Of a stretch of 64,000 nt of DNA, positions 1-9,960 are shown piece by piece. Both the position numbers and the translations under genes were made by a program. This DNA comes from Candidatus Heimdallarchaeota archaeon. Lineage in GTDB: Archaea > Asgardarchaeota > Heimdallarchaeia > Hodarchaeales > Hodarchaeaceae. The stretch is taken from the NCBI GenBank assembly GCA_020353515.1, contig CP070695.1:4689414-4753413 (forward strand). The letters are read 5' to 3'. Positions within the stretch are counted from its first letter, which is position 1; each line of letters begins with the position of its first letter. The notes beneath the pieces were generated by a model. That model saw nothing but the letters and a program-made list of their open reading frames with translations, did not search any database and was not told the origin of the DNA.

Positions 1-1
1 T

Positions 2-973
2 GGAATATTACTATTCTTCAGTGGACGCATGACGGTCGGAATGATCATCTCTTATGTCGGATTAATCTCTAATCTGAGGTTTCCAACCTTTATATCGATC
101 TGGGTTTTTGCATTAATTAAATTGGCTGTATCGGGGGCCGAACGCTTACTTGATATAATGGAAAAAGAATCTGATATTGATGAGAATATTCATGGTGTAG
201 ATAGGACTATTGATGGTTTAATAAAGTTTGAGAACGTCTCATTTAAATACCCTGGATCGAGTAATAAGGTTTTATCTGATGTTAGTTTTGCAATAGCTCC
301 TGGACAGACAGTAGCTATCGTAGGTACAACAGGATCTGGAAAAACAACATTAACTAAATTACTTTCGCGATTGTATGATCCGGACGATGGTCAAATTCTA
401 ATTGATGGAAAAAATATCAAAGAATGGAAACTAGAGTCATTAAGAAATCAGATTTCCTATATTGAGCAAGATACCTTTTTATTTTCGGATAAAATTGCGG
501 AAAACATCTCTTTTGGCCAGACTAGTTCTCTCGAAGAAATAAAGAGAGTAGCTAAGGAAGCTCAGGCAGATACCTTCATTGAGCAGCTACCAAATGGTTA
601 TGAAAGTGAGGTTGGAGAACGCGGAGTCCAATTAAGTGGGGGACAAAGACAACGTATTGCGATAGCTAGAGCCTTTTTAACTGATCCACGAATTTTAATA
701 CTAGATGATTCAACTTCTGCTATTGATTCAGACACTGAGGACAAAATTCAAAGAGCCATGACAAAAATACTTTCTTATCGAACTACATTTCTTATTACTC
801 ATCGTCTGAGTCAGATCAGATGGGCTGATTTAATTCTTGTAATGAAGAAAGGAGAAATTATTGCAAAAGGAACTCATGAAAAGCTTATGAAAACGTCTGA
901 GGAGTATCGGAAAATTTTTGTCAAAAGATTCGATCTAGATGAGAGAGTATTGCTGGAGGAGGCGGTAGTTTAA
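2..973 (+). CDS. ABC exporter, fused permease/ATPase (5' truncated by window edge)
   Basis: Frame open from position 2; Walker A GTTGSGKT, signature LSGGQ, Walker B ILILDD (D instead of catalytic E, degenerate site), H-loop ITHR. Confidence 0.93.
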   Translation, partial: GILLFFSGRMTVGMIISYVGLISNLRFPTFISIWVFALIKLAVSGAERLLDIMEKESDIDENIHGVDRTIDGLIKFENVSFKYPGSSNKVLSDVSFAIAPGQTVAIVGTTGSGKTTLTKLLSRLYDPDDGQILIDGKNIKEWKLESLRNQISYIEQDTFLFSDKIAENISFGQTSSLEEIKRVAKEAQADTFIEQLPNGYESEVGERGVQLSGGQRQRIAIARAFLTDPRILILDDSTSAIDSDTEDKIQRAMTKILSYRTTFLITHRLSQIRWADLILVMKKGEIIAKGTHEKLMKTSEEYRKIFVKRFDLDERVLLEEAVV

Positions 974-2862
974 TGGGATTCGGGATTGGATTAGGTGCTG
1001 AGGAATATGATAGAATCTATAAAGATCGCGACTTAGTAAAGCGAGTTTTACAGTATTTCTCTCCATATAAAACCATTATGATTTTAGTGATAACATTCAT
1101 ATTTTTACAAAGCATAGTGAATTCCTTGATTCCAATTATCTCCAGGGAAGCAATTAATAGACTTGAAGTGACAACAGGCATTGTAGAACAACAGCTATAT
1201 GTCTTATTTTTAATAATCATCACTCTGATTTTGAATTCTCTTGGGTGGGTGTTTAATTATATTAGACAATCTTATAGTGCTCAAGTAATCGGCGACGTTG
1301 TTCTTAATTTACGTCGAGACGTTAACTCTGCTGTTTTAAATCACGATATGTCTTTTTTTGACAGGTATCCCTCAGGAAAGGTCGTTTCAAGAATCAACAC
1401 AGACTCCCGAGACTTTGGTCAAACAGCGAATCAGTTGATGATGACGAGTTCCTCTCTCCTTCTCGTTCTTATCATGTTTGGAGTTATGTTCAGTATAAAT
1501 GCCTTTCTGACACTTGTGGTTCTCTCTTTAGTTCCTTTTATCTTTCTCATCACATTATCTTTCAGAAAAATGGCACGAAGATTAACTTTATTAGGACAGC
1601 GGGCACTTGCAGTGGTAAATGCTTTTGTACAAGAATCTTTTTCAGGTATTCAAATAGCAAAGACTTTTCGGCAGGAAGATAAATTATTCAATAAATTTAA
1701 GGATGTTAATCAACAATCTTATATTGTCAATAGAAAAAGAGCATATTTGTTTAACTTTCTATTTCCTGCTTTAAGCACCATTCAAGGAATTGCCTTAGCT
1801 CTTCTCATCATCATGGGAGGTACCGCAACACTTAGTGGTGACCTTAAAGCAGGTGATTTTTTTCTCTTTTTGCAAAGTTTACAGCTTTTCTTTTTTCCAC
1901 TTTTCACGATTGCTTCTTTTTGGCCAAGTTTTCAGTCAGGTTTAGCTGCTTCAGAACGTATATTTGCATTAATCGACACACCACCTGTTGTTATTCAAGA
2001 AAAGAATATAATTCCAGAAAAGATAGATGGAGAAATTACATTTACCAATTTAGGATTCTCATATATTAAAGGAAAAGATGTTTTAGATCAAAATAATAGT
2101 ATAGAAGATGAAGTGGAAGGAAAATCCATTAGTACCAAAGTTTTTGACGGATTCTCTCTTAATATTAAACCAGGTGAATCACTAGCAATAGTTGGACATA
2201 CGGGGGCTGGAAAATCTAGTTTAGCGAAGTTACTTGCACGATTCTATGAATTTCAAGATGGTGAAATCCTTATAGATGGTGTGAGTATCCGTGATTATGA
2301 CCTTAAAGCATACAGAAAGCACATTGGAATTATTCATCAAGTCCCCTTCTTATGGGGAGATACTCTGGAGAATAATGTAAAATATGGGAAACCCGATACT
2401 ACACGGGAGGAAGTACTCTGGGCTTTAGAACAAGCTGGAGGAGCAAGTTGGGTTGAGGATTTACCACAGGGCCTTGAAACAAACATCCGAGAAAGGGGAG
2501 CTCTACTCTCAATGGGACAACGTCAACTTGTAGCTTTAGCACGAGTATTATTGGAAAATCCATCAGTCCTAGTTTTGGATGAAGCAACTGCTTCTGTAGA
2601 TCCATTCACAGAAACAAGAATTCAAGAAGCCCTTGAAAAGACGATAAAAGGAAGAACTAGCATCATCATTGCTCATCGTTTATGGACTGTAAGGCATGTG
2701 GATCGTATAATTGTATTAGACCACGGAAAAATTGTTGAAGAAGGGAATCATGATGAATTAATGCAATTAGGAGGGCATTATGCCAATCTCTATGACACAT
2801 ATTTCCGTCATCAATCATTTGAATATATTGAAAAGGTAAAAGAATTCAAAAACCTAAATTGA
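973..2862 (+). CDS. ABC exporter, fused permease/ATPase (heterodimer partner)
   Basis: N-terminal TM domain, GHTGAGKS, LSMGQ, VLDE, IAHR; TAATG overlap with upstream ABC gene. Confidence 0.95.
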   Translation: MGFGIGLGAEEYDRIYKDRDLVKRVLQYFSPYKTIMILVITFIFLQSIVNSLIPIISREAINRLEVTTGIVEQQLYVLFLIIITLILNSLGWVFNYIRQSYSAQVIGDVVLNLRRDVNSAVLNHDMSFFDRYPSGKVVSRINTDSRDFGQTANQLMMTSSSLLLVLIMFGVMFSINAFLTLVVLSLVPFIFLITLSFRKMARRLTLLGQRALAVVNAFVQESFSGIQIAKTFRQEDKLFNKFKDVNQQSYIVNRKRAYLFNFLFPALSTIQGIALALLIIMGGTATLSGDLKAGDFFLFLQSLQLFFFPLFTIASFWPSFQSGLAASERIFALIDTPPVVIQEKNIIPEKIDGEITFTNLGFSYIKGKDVLDQNNSIEDEVEGKSISTKVFDGFSLNIKPGESLAIVGHTGAGKSSLAKLLARFYEFQDGEILIDGVSIRDYDLKAYRKHIGIIHQVPFLWGDTLENNVKYGKPDTTREEVLWALEQAGGASWVEDLPQGLETNIRERGALLSMGQRQLVALARVLLENPSVLVLDEATASVDPFTETRIQEALEKTIKGRTSIIIAHRLWTVRHVDRIIVLDHGKIVEEGNHDELMQLGGHYANLYDTYFRHQSFEYIEKVKEFKNLN

Positions 2863-2876
2863 TAGAATATTTTCAT

Positions 2877-3995
2877 TCAACCAGAAGTTGGCTTTGATAT
2901 TCTCATAGCGAAGACAAATCCACCAAGATTAAGAAGTGTGGCGATTGATGCAACGATCATAATGTCAGTATAACCTCCTCCTACTGATGTAATAATTAAT
3001 GCAATAAAAGAACCGATAAGACTCGCAATAGGTAAAATGCTGGTAATTATCCCTGCAGCTGTTGATTTGTCAAAGAGACTTTTTTCTATGGAAAATCTCA
3101 ATGTTCCAACGTAAAGGAGCGCCCAGGATAATCCAAGAATGATTTGTAATGGAATAATTCCCCAGAAACTTTGGGGGATCGTAAACGAAATGAAGCTAAT
3201 ACTGGAAAATATTAATCCTAATGTTACCATTCTTTGACTATCCATCTTGTCAGTGAACTTCGTCATAATGATTACTTGTGTCCCTGCATTAGTGAATTGG
3301 ATAAATCCAACCCAGAAAGTGTTAGCCCCCAACTCCTCTATTAAAAATAAGGACCAAAATACCCATATTGCTGATGCAAAGCTATGTCTTATTACTAAGG
3401 CCAGGTATATCTCTTTTCGGTCCCAAAAGACGGATAGTACGGAATCTTTATATTTTTGGGAGTCAGATTTCTCTTCTTTGAGAGTAAATGCAATAAAAGC
3501 TGCCACAATGAACGCAAATGAAGCAAAAACAAATATTCCCTCAATCCAGAATAAACCTATTACTCCACTGATAAGAACTCCTATAGCCCATCCTAAAGAA
3601 CCGTATGCAGAGAAGTTTCCAATCTTGTCTCCTTTATCTGAAACTAATGCAACCAGAGCTGGAGCAAACATTCCTAATCCGATACCACTGAGGGCTCTAA
3701 AAAGAATGAACTCGAACTTATAGGGAATAATTTGACCTATTATGGTGACTGCGGCTGCAACTGAACCAATTATGACGAATATTTTCCTTACACCAATCAG
3801 GTCTGAGAGTCTTCCAGATAGAACCCCACAGCTAAAAGCAACAATGCCATAGAGAAGTGCAGCGAAAGCGATTTCAGGATCAGATAGACCAATTTGATGA
3901 CCCCAGTACGGGATATATGTAAATACTGAGAGTGTAGCTAAGTTTGCAAGAAACTGGATGATACCCTCTTTGGACAACATAAATAAACAAATCAC
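2877..3995 (-). CDS. MFS transporter
   Basis: About 12 hydrophobic segments, motif A GRLSDLIGVRK. Confidence 0.88.
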   Translation of the reverse strand: MICLFMLSKEGIIQFLANLATLSVFTYIPYWGHQIGLSDPEIAFAALLYGIVAFSCGVLSGRLSDLIGVRKIFVIIGSVAAAVTIIGQIIPYKFEFILFRALSGIGLGMFAPALVALVSDKGDKIGNFSAYGSLGWAIGVLISGVIGLFWIEGIFVFASFAFIVAAFIAFTLKEEKSDSQKYKDSVLSVFWDRKEIYLALVIRHSFASAIWVFWSLFLIEELGANTFWVGFIQFTNAGTQVIIMTKFTDKMDSQRMVTLGLIFSSISFISFTIPQSFWGIIPLQIILGLSWALLYVGTLRFSIEKSLFDKSTAAGIITSILPIASLIGSFIALIITSVGGGYTDIMIVASIATLLNLGGFVFAMRISKPTSG

Positions 3996-4148
3996 TGGAA
4001 TTTTTATGTAGAATCTGAAAAGTTATTCTTAGGAATTTTTGATAAAAACTGATATAAGATTGAAATAGATCATTTTATAATTAATACGTATTAGGAAAAT
4101 TGATTATTATCCTCTTTCTATTTTAGATTCGATGGACATTGAAGAAAT

Positions 4149-4883
4149 ATGGTAGTGGACAAAGGATACGAAAAATCTGCTCATTTATATGACATATTCG
4201 ATAACAAAGATAATATCACCTTTTTTCTTAAGTATGGGGAAGAGGCTGAGACGATATTAGATATCGGTGCTGGTACTGGAAGAATTGCAATTCCCTTAGC
4301 TGAAAGGGGAGTCAAAATTGTCTGTATTGAACCATCTCCTTCAATGCGAAAGGAATTTCTCAAGAAACTTCAGAATCGACCAGAGCTTGAGGATAGAATT
4401 ACTTTGGTTGCAGGGGATGTTCAAACTTTTAGATTGGCAGAAATTTTTTCCGTGGTATTTCTATCTGGTAGTTTTGACCATATCCCTAACAGGGACAGAA
4501 TCATATCGTTTCAGAATATTAATCGGCACTTAAAACCTAATGGGAAGCTTATTTTTGATATTCATATTGGTAATATGAAAGATTCTCCGTTATTGTTAGT
4601 TGATACAGTCAAAAGGAAAAACTATGAGTATAAACGATTCATTGGAACTAAAATTCTTCCAGATAATATGATAGATGTATTACTTGTCTTTGAAACGTAC
4701 AAACAAGGAAAATTAATTGAAAAAATTGAACAACGGTCATCAGCTTTTACTACAACCCAAACCAAAGTTCACCAATTATTAGAGGAGACAAACTTCATAA
4801 TTCAGAAAGAATATTCTGATTATCACTATTCACCCTTTTACAAGGGAGATTCACTTCTGATAATAGAAGCTATCAAAAATTAA
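4149..4883 (+). CDS. Class I SAM-dependent (small-molecule) methyltransferase
   Basis: ILDIGAGTGR motif I, IEPS motif II, HLKPNGKLIFD. Confidence 0.9.
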   Translation: MVVDKGYEKSAHLYDIFDNKDNITFFLKYGEEAETILDIGAGTGRIAIPLAERGVKIVCIEPSPSMRKEFLKKLQNRPELEDRITLVAGDVQTFRLAEIFSVVFLSGSFDHIPNRDRIISFQNINRHLKPNGKLIFDIHIGNMKDSPLLLVDTVKRKNYEYKRFIGTKILPDNMIDVLLVFETYKQGKLIEKIEQRSSAFTTTQTKVHQLLEETNFIIQKEYSDYHYSPFYKGDSLLIIEAIKN

Positions 4884-4887
4884 TTTC

Positions 4888-5381
4888 TTAAATTATAGGG
4901 CTGTTTAAGATTTCCTCAAATCCAGGTAATCGCCAGTCATCACTATGAAATCCCGTTGGAACATAAAGGATACTAAGAATACTCTTGTTGCCAATATTAA
5001 TCCTTTTTAAATTAATGTACTGCAATTTTTCAGCGTTTTTGATCTAGTAGAGAAAGTGGGAACATCTAAATAATATTCATCTATTAAAAAGTCAGGAAAA
5101 TACTCACGATTACCTGTTACGTAATAAACAGGTTTTCCAAGATCGTTAAAGACATTTAAGGTCTTGATAGAGGATTCAATTGATAAGTCAAGAGCTTGAT
5201 CCATTTTTGCGGAATAAAACATTTGGATTTTTTCTTCAACAGAGCGTGAAATGAGTGCATTTACGAAAATCGGTTCACTGGTATCGAAATATTCAGAAAA
5301 ATCGCCAACTAATAAGTACATTTCAGCAGAAGGAACTTCTCTAGGTTCACCATGTAAATCCCCAAAAATTCAGACTTTCAT
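4888..5381 (-). pseudogene. Metallophosphoesterase (calcineurin-like) pseudogene
   Basis: ATG 5381 reads MKV*IFGDLHG...LLVGDF...YVTGNRE; in-frame TGA at 5370-5372; apparent frameshift near 5035-5045 with another frame continuing QYINLKRINIGNKSIL to a stop at 4888; too short for a full fold. Confidence 0.75.
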
Positions 5382-5398
5382 TGCATCATCTGAGAGAA

Positions 5399-6109
5399 TT
5401 ATTCGATAGTGAAATAGAGTCTTCTATTATTTTTTCCTTTATTAACTAGTTTTTTAATGCTTATTTTCCCAATTTCCTTTAACGCTTGGATGTGACACCC
5501 ACCATCAGGTTGACGGTCAAAGTTTTTTATATCAACAATTCGAAGATTCTTGATACCTTTTGGAATCCCCATTGCAAGTTTTACCAGATCAGGATCTTTT
5601 TCCACTTCTGATCGCGTGAGATAATATACTTCCACAGGATGATTCTCTTGGATTATTTTGTTACTCTTCTCCACCTGCTCTTCTATCAATGACCGATCGA
5701 AGTGTTCAAGATTAAAATCGATCCGACCTTGCTCTGTGGATGCGATATCGTTACCTGTGATTTTGGCACCGAGATTCTTATAGAATGCACCACTTAGAAC
5801 GTGAGCACAAGTGTGATACCTCATCAATTTATAGCGTCTTTCCCAATCCAGTGTACATGAGACTTTATCTCCAACTTGAAGCCCTTCTTTATCAACTTCA
5901 TGAGAAATATCGCTTCCAAACTTCCCAACATATACTACATTAAAAACCTCAGATCCTCTTGTGAGGGTTCCCACATCGTTTGCTATCCCCCCAGATTTAG
6001 GATAGAACGCGGTTTGATTTAAAACTACATATTTACCATCCTTTACAGAAACTACTTCAGCCTCAAATTCTTTTAACAGCATATCATCTAAATAAAGTGC
6101 TTTAGACAT
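5399..6109 (-). CDS. alaXM: Alanyl-tRNA editing protein AlaX-M
   Basis: LYLDD...VVLNQTAFYPKSGG, HTCAH and DGGCH Zn motifs, KGKNNRR. Confidence 0.92.
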   Translation of the reverse strand: MSKALYLDDMLLKEFEAEVVSVKDGKYVVLNQTAFYPKSGGIANDVGTLTRGSEVFNVVYVGKFGSDISHEVDKEGLQVGDKVSCTLDWERRYKLMRYHTCAHVLSGAFYKNLGAKITGNDIASTEQGRIDFNLEHFDRSLIEEQVEKSNKIIQENHPVEVYYLTRSEVEKDPDLVKLAMGIPKGIKNLRIVDIKNFDRQPDGGCHIQALKEIGKISIKKLVNKGKNNRRLYFTIE

Positions 6110-6164
6110 TTTTCTTTCCCAAAATGCATGAAGTTATTTTTTTCTAATATCAGTTTTCCCTGAA

Positions 6165-6686
6165 TTATGAATCCTTTCTTAGATGGAAATGAGTAAGACC
6201 TGGACATTCAGTAGATAGAGTATATGTACAATCTTGACATTCAAGCCACATGTTTTTTGATCGGATTCGATTTATTCCTATACCTAAATACAATCCAACT
6301 CCTAATATTAATTGAATTAATCCAATCAACACATGTGGAGCTTTGACTATGGAAGTTAAACCAAAAGCAACCCCAGCACCTAGCAATAATCGAAACAAGA
6401 ATCGAATATACTTGTCTTCAGAAGAAAATACTGGAATTTTCATCAAACGAAAAATGGTTGGGAGAAACATCGCTGCGCTGATACAGACTAAAGTGAACCA
6501 ATCAAGTTGAAACGCTCTCACAATCAAGATGATTAAACCACCGATTAATACTCCACTATAAAAACCTGTACATCCTAAACAAAGAAATAATCCTCCAACA
6601 GAGAAAGTGTGGGATCTGAATTGCCCACATATTGGATGGTGGGCTAAGGAAAGTTTCACAAATCCCTTCAATTGCTCTAGGTTCAT
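6165..6686 (-). CDS. DUF2085-like Cys/His membrane protein
   Basis: HHP..C..RSH..LCLGCTG followed by TM helices and C-terminal CxxC...C. Confidence 0.6.
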   Translation of the reverse strand: MNLEQLKGFVKLSLAHHPICGQFRSHTFSVGGLFLCLGCTGFYSGVLIGGLIILIVRAFQLDWFTLVCISAAMFLPTIFRLMKIPVFSSEDKYIRFLFRLLLGAGVAFGLTSIVKAPHVLIGLIQLILGVGLYLGIGINRIRSKNMWLECQDCTYTLSTECPGLTHFHLRKDS

Positions 6687-7051
6687 GAAGTTACCCTAAA
6701 AACATTATTAAATAGGTTAATAACCAGAAATGATCTGCTTTTGAATGATATTTCATTCGTTTTAATGATTATTATTGTAATTTATCATGGTATATCTCTA
6801 TATAGTAGATTAATCCAGAAGTATCTTATCAAATAAGAGTACTTCCTCAAAGCACATCTCCGAGTTAATTAATCCAAAAATAAAACAATAAACCTAATAT
6901 TTTAAGACTCGCACTTATGAATACTAATTGGTGTTTAGAACCTGAACACTTTTAGAAAAAACTGTTCAGGCTCTGTACATTGCTGTTCAGAGCGTAGTTA
7001 TATAAAGGATGAATTTTTGTCTTTACTTGCAACAAAGATTGCAATAAAAAG

Positions 7052-7594
7052 GTGTTAAAAATGAGTGTTATAACAAATTCATTTTTCAAGTCAGTAACAG
7101 TAACTGTTGTTGTAGTAATCGCTTCAATCGGGTTTGCATTCATAACAAATCCAACTGCAGTGTTTATACCTCGACATCAGTTTGAATTTCAACTAACGGA
7201 TGTAGCTGATGATGTCAATGTCAGTTATCTAGATATTATTGAATATGGGTCGTATAAGCAAGGGAAGAATGTTGTTTTGTACATAGAAGTTGCAACAGAA
7301 ATTAATCACAGTACCCCAGGGCCCCATTATTGGTTGACAATTGTGGCAAAATATCCTAATGATGATACTGCTCACATTTATTGGAATGAAGTTTATAATG
7401 GTACTGAACAGAATTATCAATCCGATGTGGCTATCACTGGTAATCGTCTAGAAGTTGCTTTCTCCATTGATAAATTTATCCCGAAATCTTATATGGTCGG
7501 TATTGAAGTTCGAGCATCAGGCTTTATTTCAGAAGATTCTAGCCCCTCTGCGCGAGATAATCCCTTGAAAACGCGTTTCTTGGGAATAATCTAA
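7052..7594 (+). CDS. Hypothetical secreted/membrane-anchored protein
   Basis: N-terminal hydrophobic helix, beta-rich body (DVADDV...LDI). Confidence 0.7.
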   Translation: MLKMSVITNSFFKSVTVTVVVVIASIGFAFITNPTAVFIPRHQFEFQLTDVADDVNVSYLDIIEYGSYKQGKNVVLYIEVATEINHSTPGPHYWLTIVAKYPNDDTAHIYWNEVYNGTEQNYQSDVAITGNRLEVAFSIDKFIPKSYMVGIEVRASGFISEDSSPSARDNPLKTRFLGII

Positions 7595-7625
7595 TGCCAA
7601 CCTTCTTTTTTAGAGGTAATCAGAC

Positions 7626-8096
7626 ATGGAACAGATAGCTGAAAACGAAATGAAACTTGAGGATTTCCTTGTCAACAAACACGTTACATCGATTTTTCTA
7701 CATTTGAAGAACGAAAAGAAACCTTTGGGAGTTCGAGAAGTTCAGAGAAATCTTAATATAAGTAGCGTGGGTAGTACTCACTGGCATTTACAAAAATTAA
7801 TTGAAAATGGAGCTATCGAACAAGTTGAAGGGAATAAATATCAGCTAGTTGAAAAATATGCAAAGCTTAAGAGTATCCCATTAAGAGTGGTGATGGATCA
7901 TTATTTCGTTGGGAATAAACTTGTACCAAACATATTCTTCTTGATGTTTTTCCTGTTAAATATCTTAGTTCTCGCTATTTTAACAATAATACTTAATTTG
8001 TTGCCTATAGGATTTTTGATTTGCTTTTCTAGTACTATAGTCAGTTTAGTTGTTGTTTTTCGTTTTTATCATCATATATCAAGAAATGGATATTAG
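7626..8096 (+). CDS. Winged-HTH protein with C-terminal TM helices (membrane-bound regulator)
   Basis: GVREVQRNLNISSVGSTHWHLQKL wHTH, two C-terminal TM segments, GAGGT RBS. Confidence 0.8.
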   Translation: MEQIAENEMKLEDFLVNKHVTSIFLHLKNEKKPLGVREVQRNLNISSVGSTHWHLQKLIENGAIEQVEGNKYQLVEKYAKLKSIPLRVVMDHYFVGNKLVPNIFFLMFFLLNILVLAILTIILNLLPIGFLICFSSTIVSLVVVFRFYHHISRNGY

Positions 8097-8209
8097 AAAG
8101 GATAAACCTCTTAACCCACATCCTTTTCTTTTTTTGCCCCTTAACCTGTATTCGCTTATATGATTCTGGTTTTTATGATTGCTACTAAGAAATCAATTGT
8201 TTATTAGTG

Positions 8210-8689
8210 TTATAATTCCATATAACAGAGTAAGGAGAGAAAGAATAGTAAAATTCCCAATATTTTGAAACTTAAATTTCCCCAAAAGGAATCCCAATCT
8301 AGAAATCCTTTCACACGAAAAATCCCTATCCACACTCCACTATGATTAAAAGCGTCAACAAAAGAATGGATAAAAATTGCTCCAAAAATTGATCCAACCA
8401 ACGTAATCAGTAATGAACCTACTATCGGTATACCTTGGATGACAATCAAAAGAAATAATGGAATACCGTATAATAAATTGTGTGTTCCTTTACCTCGGTG
8501 AGGAACAATCTGATTAAATGTGATTCGTGCAATTTTTTGATCTTGATCTGGCAATCGTGAAAAAATTGGTGCGATCAAGAATGTTCCGATTCCCCACAGG
8601 ATGATTGGCGTTTTGAAGATCCCTAGCAACAGACTAACAAACCCAATCCCGAAAAAAACATGAGTCAAACCTCTCATATTAGATCCCAA
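8210..8689 (-). CDS. YdjM-like membrane metal-dependent hydrolase
   Basis: TH, LPDxD, HRGxTH, HxxxD motifs; likely start ATG 8677. Confidence 0.85.
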   Translation of the reverse strand: MGSNMRGLTHVFFGIGFVSLLLGIFKTPIILWGIGTFLIAPIFSRLPDQDQKIARITFNQIVPHRGKGTHNLLYGIPLFLLIVIQGIPIVGSLLITLVGSIFGAIFIHSFVDAFNHSGVWIGIFRVKGFLDWDSFWGNLSFKILGILLFFLSLLCYMEL

Positions 8690-8746
8690 GAATTTCTTCG
8701 AATTCTGAATTTTAGAATCTAGGTCATAATACAGTAATACTCTATT

Positions 8747-9070
8747 CTAGTATTGTCGTATCAGATTAAATACTCGTGAGATTCTATCATTCTTATCGAT
8801 ATAATGGGAATATTTTAGATGCCCTAATAATCCTGTCTTGCTGAAAAGTCCTTTATTGCACACATAACAAGAAAACTGCCCAAGGTTGCATGGTGAATGT
8901 TTTATATGGAGTCGTAAGTTTTTTATTCTAGAAAATGGCTTTCCACACCATTCACAAAGATATTCTTCTTGAGGGAGAACTTCTAAGATCATTTTTCGTT
9001 GCTTTTCACTTAATGGTTTCTGATATATTCCCTTCTTAATTGATATCGGATTGAAAAGGTTCAGCTCCAA
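8747..9070 (-). CDS. Tandem C2H2-type zinc-finger protein (5' end uncertain)
   Basis: YLCEWCGKPFSRIKNLRLHIKH and FSCYVCNKGLFSKTGLLGHLKYSH. Confidence 0.72.
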   Translation of the reverse strand: MELNLFNPISIKKGIYQKPLSEKQRKMILEVLPQEEYLCEWCGKPFSRIKNLRLHIKHSPCNLGQFSCYVCNKGLFSKTGLLGHLKYSHYIDKNDRISRVFNLIRQY

Positions 9071-9844
9071 GTTTCAGGTGTATCTAATGACGAGGCTTTA
9101 GAAGGGGAAATATCAATATCCTGTACTGTTGATGATGTAGCATTCACAAACATCTCTATCTCAGTTGGGGGTCGGAACTTTTACCCAGACTCCTGGGATT
9201 ATTCAAACGCTGAATTTCTAATTGATACAACAATCGTAAATGATGGTTTTTACACACTATCTGTCTAAGTTAGTGATGAAGTAGGGCATGAAACCGTAGA
9301 GGAATTTGAGATTGCCGTAGATAACGATGAAGCAAGCGTTAGTTCGATAGAACACAGTCCCACAGCTCCCACCCGTGATGATAAAGTGATAATAGCAGTA
9401 ACCATCACTGATGCAGTTGGAATTGATGAATCCTCAGTTACTCTTTACTGGAAACTCGCTTCTGAAGATGAATGGCAAAGTATCCCCATGACTTTGGTTG
9501 ATGAGAGAGGTGATGAGTGGGATTTCGAAGCAGTTATCCCACCCCAAGCACAAGGAGAAGAAATCATATATTATGTGACTGTTAACGACCTCAAAGGCCG
9601 ACTAAGTGAATCTGATGAGGAGCACTATTTTGTAGAGGAAGTTCCTCCTGATGTACTTGGCCCTCTAATTGGACTTGTGGCTATTCTTGGAATTATTGGA
9701 GCGCTTGTTGGATCTGGTATCTTTTTCGGACCGAAATTTCTTAAACCAATCATTCAAAAGCAGTTACAAAAAACTCAAGAAGTGAAAGTCGAGGAAAGAA
9801 AAACCCGAATTGATGATCTTTTTGATTTTGAAATTGAGGACTGA
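9044..9844 (+). pseudogene. 5'-truncated Ig-like surface protein with in-frame stop
   Basis: Frame of ORF 9386..9844 continues upstream through TAA 9266-9268 with Ig-like text (IDTTIVNDGFYTLSV*VSDEVGH..IAVDN) back to about 9044; no start or signal peptide; C-terminal TM. Confidence 0.75.
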
Positions 9845-9960
9845 TATCGAATGTTTTAATCTTCTCAATGGACATCTTTCCTCTCTTCAGACATTCCTCT
9901 ATATTTAAAGTCAGAGTACTTATGTGAGACAAAACAAGACAAAGGGCGAAAAATATCGAA

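Noticed and set aside
3247-3723. 158-aa plus-strand ORF and the many other 60-120 aa ORFs overlapping larger genes
   Set aside because: Antisense or alternate-frame shadows of well-supported genes, with no motifs
4149-4883. Ninth DNA methyltransferase
   Set aside because: No (D/N/S)PP(Y/F/W) or PC motif; it resembles small-molecule methyltransferases
5370-5372. In-frame TGA as selenocysteine or recoding
   Set aside because: Not at a catalytic Cys position, and the gene also has a frameshift and truncation; TGA is an ordinary stop in many other genes here
9800-9844. KTRIDDLFDF tail as a PIP box
   Set aside because: It is on a membrane-anchored surface pseudogene; this shows such motifs can occur by chance and is a caveat for the weaker PIP calls
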